Of a stretch of DNA of 64,000 bases, positions 57,345-64,000 are shown piece by piece. The position numbers and the translations under genes were made by a program. Location of the stretch: NCBI GenBank assembly GCA_033549025.1, contig JAWSUS010000001.1:32001-96000 (forward strand). Direction: 5' to 3'. The notes beneath the pieces are model-generated. The model made no database searches and was not told where the DNA came from. It was given only the letters and a program-made list of their open reading frames with translations. Each line of letters opens with the position of its first letter. Position 1 is the stretch's first letter. This DNA comes from Desulfuromonadales bacterium (GTDB taxonomy: Bacteria > Desulfobacterota > Desulfuromonadia > Desulfuromonadales > SZUA-540).

Positions 57345-58736
57345 ATGACCGAACAGCAGCCTTGGCTCATCGACACCCACGCGCATCTGGACAACGGACA
57401 ATTCGCCGACGACCGGGAGGAAGTCATCAGCCGGGCCCGCCAAGAGGGCATTCGTTACATCCTTACCGTGGGTTGCGACCTGGAGAGTTCGCGACAAAAT
57501 CTGGAGATAGCCGAAAAGCACCCTTTCATCTACGCTGCCGTCGGCATCCATCCTCACGATGCCGCCCAGTTGGACGAAAAGGCGCTGGCGCAGCTGCGAA
57601 CCTGGGTGATGGAGAAGAACCGCGTGGTGGCGATAGGTGAAATTGGCCTGGACTTCTACCGCGATCGCTGCCCCAGGGATATTCAGCGTCAGGCCTTTCG
57701 CCAGCAGATCCGGCTGGCCCGCGAACTCAAAATGCCCATCATCGTCCACGACAGGGATGCCCACGCCGAGGTATTGCAGATCCTGAGGGAGGAGAAGGCC
57801 GCTGAGGTTGGCGGCGTCGTCCATTGCTTCAGCGGCGATCTGGCCATGGCCCGCGCCTGCATCGATCTGGGCTTTCTCATCTCCTTTCCCGGCTCCATCA
57901 CCTATCCGAAAAACGAGGAAGTTCGCGATCTGATCCGGCAGATTCCGGTAGATCATTTTCTCGTCGAGACCGACTGCCCTTACCTCGCTCCCCAGCCCCG
58001 ACGGGGGAAGAGGAACGAACCGGCCCTGGTGCGACATACTGCCGCAACGATCGCGGAGATCAAGGGATTATCTCTTGAGGACGTCTGTCGAGTGACCAAT
58101 CTCAACGCCTTCCGGCTCTTCGGCATCGGAGAGTCCGATGCGGCCAGCCGCATCGCCTACCGCATCCGCGACGCCCTCTATCTCAACATCACCAACCGCT
58201 GCACCAACCGCTGCGCCTTCTGTGCCAAATTCAAGGATTTCACCGTCAAGGGCCATGGCCTGCAACTCGACCAGGAGCCATCCGCGGAGGAGATTATCGC
58301 GGCGATCGGCGACCCGGCCGGCTACACTGAAATCGTCTTCTGCGGTTACGGTGAACCCCTTATCCGCCTGGAGACGGTCAAGGAAGTGGCCGCCTGGCTC
58401 AAGGCCCGTGGTGCCAAGGTACGCATCAACACCGACGGGCAAGCCAACCTGGTGCACGGTCGCAACGTGCTACCCGAGCTCAAGGGCCTGGTGGACGCCA
58501 TTTCCGTCTCCCTGAACGCGGCCGACGCCGAAACCTACCAGCGCATCTGTCACTCCCAATTCGGCCTGCCGGCCTATGAGGGCGTCAAAGCCTTTCTGCG
58601 CGAGGCATTAGCCCACATCCCCTCGGTGACGGCCAGCGCCGTCGCCATGCCCGGCATCGATATGGACGCCTGCGCCGACGTGGCCCGAGACCTGGGGGTC
58701 GAATTCAGGGCGCGACCCTACAACGATCTCGGCTGA
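57345..58736 (+). CDS. TatD family nuclease fused to a radical SAM domain
   Basis: DTHAH, GEIGLD, VHDRDA, VHCF, ETDCPYL; then NITNRCTNRCAFC and FCGYGEP. Confidence 0.92.
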   Translation: MTEQQPWLIDTHAHLDNGQFADDREEVISRARQEGIRYILTVGCDLESSRQNLEIAEKHPFIYAAVGIHPHDAAQLDEKALAQLRTWVMEKNRVVAIGEIGLDFYRDRCPRDIQRQAFRQQIRLARELKMPIIVHDRDAHAEVLQILREEKAAEVGGVVHCFSGDLAMARACIDLGFLISFPGSITYPKNEEVRDLIRQIPVDHFLVETDCPYLAPQPRRGKRNEPALVRHTAATIAEIKGLSLEDVCRVTNLNAFRLFGIGESDAASRIAYRIRDALYLNITNRCTNRCAFCAKFKDFTVKGHGLQLDQEPSAEEIIAAIGDPAGYTEIVFCGYGEPLIRLETVKEVAAWLKARGAKVRINTDGQANLVHGRNVLPELKGLVDAISVSLNAADAETYQRICHSQFGLPAYEGVKAFLREALAHIPSVTASAVAMPGIDMDACADVARDLGVEFRARPYNDLG

Positions 58737-58756
58737 CCTCGAACCCCATGGATCTC

Positions 58757-58802
58757 AAAAAAAATGAGCCTGTCAGGCAACTGACAGGCTCATTTTTCTT
58801 TG
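58757..58802. terminator. Bidirectional intrinsic terminator
   Basis: AAAAATGAGCCTGTCAG GCAA CTGACAGGCTCATTTTT between convergent genes. Confidence 0.88.
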
Positions 58803-58813
58803 GGCGGCCAGAT

Positions 58814-60100
58814 CTAATGGGGTACCGCCGGCCCCCGGGCACCATCCTCACCGGAAGTTTTATCCCCCCGGGGGAGGATGAGATTAAGCAGCACCCCGAG
58901 AATCCCGGCTAGACCAATGCCTGAAAGGGTGACCGAACCCAGGGGAATACTCATCCCCCCTACCCCAAAGACAACCACGAGGGAAACAATGGCCAGATTG
59001 CGTGGTTCCAGCAGATCCTGCCCGGCCCGAACCAGGGTGTTGAGACCAACGACCATGATAGCGCCGAAGAGCAGCAGCATGATGCCTCCCATGACGGGCA
59101 CGGGAACCGACTGCAGAAGAGCGCCTACCTTGCCGACAAAAGCCAGCACAATGGCGACCAGAGCCGTCCAGGTCATCACGGCGGGGTTGTATACCTTGGT
59201 CAGAGCAACGGCCCCGGTCACTTCCGAGTAGGTGGTATTGGGGGGTCCCCCCAACATGGCGGCCATGGAAGTGGCCAAACCATCCCCGAGCAGGGTGCGG
59301 TGAACGCCGGGATCTTTCAAATAGTTTTTACCCGTCACCGAACTGACGGCCAGCACGTCCCCAAAGTGTTCAATGGCCGGGGCGATGGCCACCGGGATCA
59401 TGAACAGGATCGCCGCGGCATTCCATTCGGGCAGGACGAAATCGGGCATCGCCAGCCAGGCCGCCTCGGCGACCCGGGAAAAGTCGACGATGCCGTAGAA
59501 AAGCGACAGCAGGTAGCCAACCACCAGCCCGCACAAAATGGGGATGAGGCGTACGACGCCCCGGCCAAAGAGGGAAGCCAGCAACGTTGCTCCCAAAGAG
59601 GCCATGGAAACGATCATGGCCGTCGAGCCGTCCACCAGGATGATGGCGCCATCGCCGGACTTGCCCAAAGCCATATTGACGGCGACAGGCGCCAGGATGA
59701 GTCCGATGACCATGATCACCGGTCCGGTGACGATGGGCGGGAAAATGCGCGCGATGGCTCGGGTTCCGCGCCAGCGCACGAACAGGCTGAGCAGGATATA
59801 AAAGCCACCGGCAGCCACCAGACCGCTCATGGTTGAGGCAATCCCCCAGGTCTGCACCCCATAGATGATGGGCGCGATAAAGGCGAAGGAGGAAGCCAAA
59901 AAGACGGGAACTTTGCCCCCGGTGATCCATTGGAAAAGCAGGGTCCCGACGCCGGCGGTAAAGAGAGCCACATTCGGATTGAGACCGGTCAGCAAGGGCA
60001 CTAGGACAAGGGCACCGAAGGCGACAAATAACATCTGGGCGCCGAGCAGGCTGTCTTTGAGTCGGAAATTATAATCCGAGGAAGAGGTTCGTTCAGTCAT
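58814..60100 (-). CDS. uraA: Uracil permease (NCS2 family)
   Basis: FLASSFAFI, EHFGD, GPPNTTYSE; downstream of upp. Confidence 0.92.
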   Translation of the reverse strand: MTERTSSSDYNFRLKDSLLGAQMLFVAFGALVLVPLLTGLNPNVALFTAGVGTLLFQWITGGKVPVFLASSFAFIAPIIYGVQTWGIASTMSGLVAAGGFYILLSLFVRWRGTRAIARIFPPIVTGPVIMVIGLILAPVAVNMALGKSGDGAIILVDGSTAMIVSMASLGATLLASLFGRGVVRLIPILCGLVVGYLLSLFYGIVDFSRVAEAAWLAMPDFVLPEWNAAAILFMIPVAIAPAIEHFGDVLAVSSVTGKNYLKDPGVHRTLLGDGLATSMAAMLGGPPNTTYSEVTGAVALTKVYNPAVMTWTALVAIVLAFVGKVGALLQSVPVPVMGGIMLLLFGAIMVVGLNTLVRAGQDLLEPRNLAIVSLVVVFGVGGMSIPLGSVTLSGIGLAGILGVLLNLILPRGDKTSGEDGARGPAVPH

Positions 60101-60141
60101 CCTGGCCTTCCTATTAAAGAGTGGAATAAAGGAGAAGAAAT

Positions 60142-60768
60142 CTATTTGGTGCCGAAGATCTTGTCCCCGGCGTCGCCGAGTCCGGGAATAATGTAGCCCT
60201 GCTCATTGAGTTTTTCGTCGACGGAAGCCACATAGATGTCTACATCGGGGTGGGCAGTCTGCAAACGTTCGATGCCTTCCGGGGCGGCGACGAGAAAAAG
60301 CCCCTTGATTTTCTGACAGCCCGATTTTTTCAACATATCGATGGCGGCCACGACGCTGCCGCCAGTGGCCAGCATGGGATCGAGAACAAGGGCCGTTCGA
60401 TCCGCCATTCTGCGGGTAAATTTCTGATAATAGCTGACCGGCAACAGGGTTTCCTCGTCCCGATAAAGGCCGATGACCCCCACCTTGGCGCCGGGGATCA
60501 GGTCGAGGACCCCGTTCATCATCCCCAGACCCGCTCGCAGAATGGGAACGATGGTGATCTTTTTCCCTTTGATCTGCTCTACTTCGACCGGCCCGGCCCA
60601 GCCCTGAATAACCGCCGTTTCCGTCTCCAGATCTTTGGTGGCTTCATACGTGATCAGGCGGGCCACTTCCGAGGCGAGCTCCCTGAAATCCTTGGTGCTG
60701 ATATTCTTTCTGCGCATGAGCCCCAGTTTGTGTCGAACCAGGGGATGGGTCACTTCAATAACCGCCAC
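60142..60768 (-). CDS. upp: Uracil phosphoribosyltransferase (GTG start)
   Basis: [37 protein letters not shown]. Confidence 0.97.
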   Translation of the reverse strand: MAVIEVTHPLVRHKLGLMRRKNISTKDFRELASEVARLITYEATKDLETETAVIQGWAGPVEVEQIKGKKITIVPILRAGLGMMNGVLDLIPGAKVGVIGLYRDEETLLPVSYYQKFTRRMADRTALVLDPMLATGGSVVAAIDMLKKSGCQKIKGLFLVAAPEGIERLQTAHPDVDIYVASVDEKLNEQGYIIPGLGDAGDKIFGTK

Positions 60769-60819
60769 GGCTGCCTCCTTGTATCGCTATGCTCGTCAAC
60801 ATCGTCTTTTCGGGGACAG

Positions 60820-60848
60820 AGAATATTGCAATGCGGCCAAGGGGTCAA
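60820..60848 (-). promoter_or_regulatory. Sigma70 promoter for upp-uraA
   Basis: TTGACC-17 nt-TATTCT. Confidence 0.6.
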
Positions 60849-60869
60849 GAATATGTGGCAGCCGACGAC

Positions 60870-60898
60870 AAAAAAGCACCTCCCGAAGGAGGTGCTTT
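60870..60898 (-). terminator. Intrinsic terminator after the ferritin-like gene
   Basis: AAAGCACCTCC/GGAGGTGCTTT with a T-run on the minus strand. Confidence 0.8.
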
Positions 60899-60923
60899 GT
60901 GAAAAACAGGATGATCGAAGCGC

Positions 60924-61415
60924 CTATTGGCCCAATATTTTGGCTTTGCGCTCTTTGAGAACCCGGGCGTGGCGATCCTCCTCGGCGGCCAGCCAGGTGA
61001 AAGCCTCCTTGCCGTCCTCGGTGCGCGCTTGGGCGGCAGCCTTGTGGAAATATTCGGCAAAACGTTCCTCGGCTTCAATCGCGAGGTCCAAGGCTTCGAG
61101 GTCGGAATCGTCTTTTTTCAGCACCTCTTCCAGGCGGGTCGGCGAAGGGAATATCTCGCTGGCGGAGAACCGGCGCAGGTAGGGGAGAAATACTTCCTCG
61201 CTCTCCCAGAAGGCGCCATCCTCGTATTTCGGTGCCAGATCCTCCAGGGTTTTCAGGTGCCCGACTTCATCCTGGGCCAGCCAGGTGAAAATTTCCTTGG
61301 CGAGAGGGCTTTTGGCCTTGGCCGACATGGTGGAGTAAAACCGATGCCCCTGTTTTTCCACTTCCATGGCGGCTCGAATCACTTCAAAACCGCTGAATTC
61401 TTCCAATCCAGTCAT
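60924..61415 (-). CDS. Ferritin-like/rubrerythrin-family diiron protein
   Basis: Duplicated A-x-x-x-E...FY...LA-x-x-E-x-x-H motifs (EVGH, EDRH). Confidence 0.88.
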   Translation of the reverse strand: MTGLEEFSGFEVIRAAMEVEKQGHRFYSTMSAKAKSPLAKEIFTWLAQDEVGHLKTLEDLAPKYEDGAFWESEEVFLPYLRRFSASEIFPSPTRLEEVLKKDDSDLEALDLAIEAEERFAEYFHKAAAQARTEDGKEAFTWLAAEEDRHARVLKERKAKILGQ

Positions 61416-61471
61416 CTTAATATGGATCTCCTGTCTTTTTTTCAGACCTCTAGCATGATGGCGTCAGCCTG

Positions 61472-63871
61472 TCAACGGCCAAACAAACCGCGGATGGTGT
61501 CTTCCAGCACCTTCTTACCGGCATCCTTGGCCGGATCGGCTTCGCCCTCGGCGGTGTCGTCCGTTTTAAACAGCTTTTTTTCCAACTGGCGCTGCAGTTC
61601 CTGGGCGGCTTTTTCTTTGACCTGCTCCTTGGCCGCACTGGTATCAAGGCCAAAGCGCGGCTTGTCGAGAGTTCCGGCCAACCGCAGGGGAACGAGCCCC
61701 CAACCGTCGGCATCGGTCAGAAATTGACTGACGGTCCCCTTGCTGTCCAGCTTGCGCGACAATTCGGGGGACAGACGCAGATCAAGGGAGAGATCCAGGG
61801 AGCCATCCATGCCCAATGATCCTTTGGGGCTGAACCGTGCGTTGCTTCCGGCCAAAGTGCTCTGAATCAGAAACTTGCCTTTTTCAATGGTAAAACTGCC
61901 GGCGGACTCCCGCACGTTGAGTTCGCGCAGTTCCTCAAGAGCCAGAAAATCCGACAGTCCTTTGACCAAGGCGCTGCCCGACAACTTGCCGTCCTTGAAA
62001 AGAAAATCGCCCGCACCCGAGAGATTGCGGCGTAGGTCGTCCGAAGAAACCCCTTTGCCTTTCAGGGCGAGGTCAAGATCAAGGCCGCCATGAACGGTAT
62101 CGGCCGATTTGGGCAAAAAAGCGGTGACCAAAGGATTCATCTGGGCGCCCTGAACGCGAAACGTCGAATCATAGGCCAGGCCTTTTTGGCCGAGATCGAC
62201 TACGGCCTTTTCCGTGAAGGTCCCACCGGCCACATTTCCTGTGAGGGTTTCGAGGGTGAAGATATTGTTTTTCAGCCGATACTTGGCAACCATGTTGTCA
62301 ATGGTCATGCCGCGATAGACCGTCTGGCCGATGCGCGCCTCGCCGGTAACGTCGAGCGGCAAATCGAAGGGGCCGATATCGGCTTGTTGGTCCTTACCAA
62401 CCTTCCCGGCAGTCGCTCCACCGTCGCCGGCGGTCGCTTCTTTTTCTTTCCCACCCTGCAGCAAGGGGTCAAGCAGCAGTCGGTCTGCGGTGAGGCTGTT
62501 TTCAATGCGCAGAGGCTTCCCGAACAGGTTGGAGACTTTCAGGTCAATGGCCGCCGTGGTATCCCCCATTTTCAATTCAAGCTGCTGGGCATCGACGGTC
62601 TCCCCCTTGAGGGCGAGCCGGCCGGAAAGCGCCGGCCGCAGGGACGCAACGCTGGCCTGAACCCCGGACAAAACGATTTCCCCCTCACGCAGGAGTTTCA
62701 AGGGTTCGTCCGTCGTACCGGCCAGGTTGAGACGGGCCCTGACCTGACCGGCGGGATCCAGGTCGCCAAGATCAGGAACGAGCCCGGCTGGAACGGCCTG
62801 CAAGGCGGAGCGGATCTCCAGATCGGGCAATTCAACCGTCATATCCAACCGTGGCGCCGTACCGTAGTCCAACACACGCCCCTGCATCCGGGTCACAATA
62901 CCGTTGGCCGTCAGCGTGGTCGGTTTGATATCCAGAACCTGCTGGGCTAGGTCGATGTCGAGGTCATAATCAAGGGAGAGTGAGGCGTCACGGATTGGAA
63001 CATCCTTGAGAGCGTCCAAAAGGATATCGAGATCCGAGAGGCTGATCGTGCCTCGCGACAAAAGCCCCTTGCTGTCCCCTTGAGCAGTAAGATCGAGAGC
63101 GACCTTGAGAGCATCGAGACGTCCCGGCAGCTGCTGACGAAAATAGGGCGTAAAGGGCGTGATATCGAGGGGAGAAAGTTTGACGCTGGCCTCTCCACGC
63201 CCCGCAGCCACATTGGCCTTGCCGGCAACGGCGAGGGTCGCTTCCCCCAACACGGCATCCAGGGAGAAGGGGAAATCCTTTTCCAGGGAGATGTCCTGGG
63301 CAGAAAGACTGAGTCCACTCACCTTGTAGCGATAGGGCGCTTCGCCACCGAGACTCCGGTCAAGGAAAAGGACCTCGCCACCGTTCAGGACGACCTTGGA
63401 GATCAAAAGATCAATGCCGCCACCCTTACCGTCCTCCACGGGCTGAGAAACGGGCGCCTTTTCTTCTGCAGGAGGATTCTTTTCAGCCATCAGATCGCTA
63501 AAATTGAAAGTGCCGTCCGGCAGGCGCTCTATGCGAATTTTGGGTTCTTCAAGGCGAACTTCGTCGACCACCACCTTCATGAAAAGAAGCGGCCAGAAGC
63601 GGTAGCGCAGAACCAGTTTCTCAGCCGCCACAAAATATTCCCCGCCTTGAGGTTCAGCGATGCGCAGCTGACTGAGCCCAATCCCCGAAAAGAGACTGAC
63701 CTGGACATCCCCCAACTCGACCTTGCGGTTGAGGGTTTTTTCAGCCAGAGGAAGAACGGTGTTTTTTACCCTTTCCGGGGTGATCAGAACCTTGGCGAGC
63801 ACTCCAGCCGTCACGACCAGAACCACCACCACTGCCAGAACTATCGCGGCGTATTTACCAGCTTTTTTCAT
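61472..63871 (-). CDS. AsmA family protein
   Basis: N-terminal TM anchor, LNRKVELG, PDGTFNFSDL, C-terminal VPLRLAGTLDKP. Confidence 0.88.
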   Translation of the reverse strand: MKKAGKYAAIVLAVVVVLVVTAGVLAKVLITPERVKNTVLPLAEKTLNRKVELGDVQVSLFSGIGLSQLRIAEPQGGEYFVAAEKLVLRYRFWPLLFMKVVVDEVRLEEPKIRIERLPDGTFNFSDLMAEKNPPAEEKAPVSQPVEDGKGGGIDLLISKVVLNGGEVLFLDRSLGGEAPYRYKVSGLSLSAQDISLEKDFPFSLDAVLGEATLAVAGKANVAAGRGEASVKLSPLDITPFTPYFRQQLPGRLDALKVALDLTAQGDSKGLLSRGTISLSDLDILLDALKDVPIRDASLSLDYDLDIDLAQQVLDIKPTTLTANGIVTRMQGRVLDYGTAPRLDMTVELPDLEIRSALQAVPAGLVPDLGDLDPAGQVRARLNLAGTTDEPLKLLREGEIVLSGVQASVASLRPALSGRLALKGETVDAQQLELKMGDTTAAIDLKVSNLFGKPLRIENSLTADRLLLDPLLQGGKEKEATAGDGGATAGKVGKDQQADIGPFDLPLDVTGEARIGQTVYRGMTIDNMVAKYRLKNNIFTLETLTGNVAGGTFTEKAVVDLGQKGLAYDSTFRVQGAQMNPLVTAFLPKSADTVHGGLDLDLALKGKGVSSDDLRRNLSGAGDFLFKDGKLSGSALVKGLSDFLALEELRELNVRESAGSFTIEKGKFLIQSTLAGSNARFSPKGSLGMDGSLDLSLDLRLSPELSRKLDSKGTVSQFLTDADGWGLVPLRLAGTLDKPRFGLDTSAAKEQVKEKAAQELQRQLEKKLFKTDDTAEGEADPAKDAGKKVLEDTIRGLFGR

Positions 63872-64000
63872 GAATTCCCCCGTTAATAGTAAAAATCCTC
63901 AGAGATCCCTATCCTGCAATCCACCGATTTTCAGAACGGCCTGCCATTCTTCCGGGCGCACGGGCTGCACGGAAAGGCGATTTCCTTTTTTAAGGACATC

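Noticed and set aside
1..64000. CRISPR arrays, IS elements, rRNA, selenoprotein read-through, frameshifted pseudogenes
   Set aside because: No regularly spaced repeats, transposase motifs or rRNA-like tracts noticed; recognised genes appear full length. This was a by-eye check only.

Overview
This is a high-GC Desulfuromonadales-type chromosome segment (Desulfuromonas/Geobacter-like), inferred from a cytochrome c7, an HcpR module and a Geobacter-type chemosensory cluster. Bases 1-6.2 kb are the distal end of a probable prophage integrated at the 3' end of tRNA-Val(CAC). It carries seven tightly coupled genes encoding Ig-like, Cys-rich and beta-propeller-like proteins, two of them paralogues that differ by a compositionally foreign LamG cassette, followed by GTGCC repeats that look like integrase arm sites. 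The rest is mostly core genome: a B12/MeaB acyl-CoA module, rsgA, two c-type cytochromes, a sigma54-driven pair of tiny paralogous membrane proteins, cmoA/cmoB, an HcpR-type nitrosative-stress module, tRNA-Leu(CAG), rqcH, two tandem metY genes, lpxL/trmL/ogt/murJ, rpsT, holA-lptE-leuS-infA, a 13-gene receptor-less chemosensory cluster, der/era/rSAM/rnc, tmk-holB-ricT-metG-tatD/rSAM, uraA-upp, a ferritin-like gene and asmA. The best candidates for undescribed biology are the prophage adhesin block with its swappable lectin cassette and the sigma54-controlled small-protein pair. I found no CRISPR array, reverse transcriptase, integrase or transposase. All family calls come from recognising motifs by eye, not from database searches.
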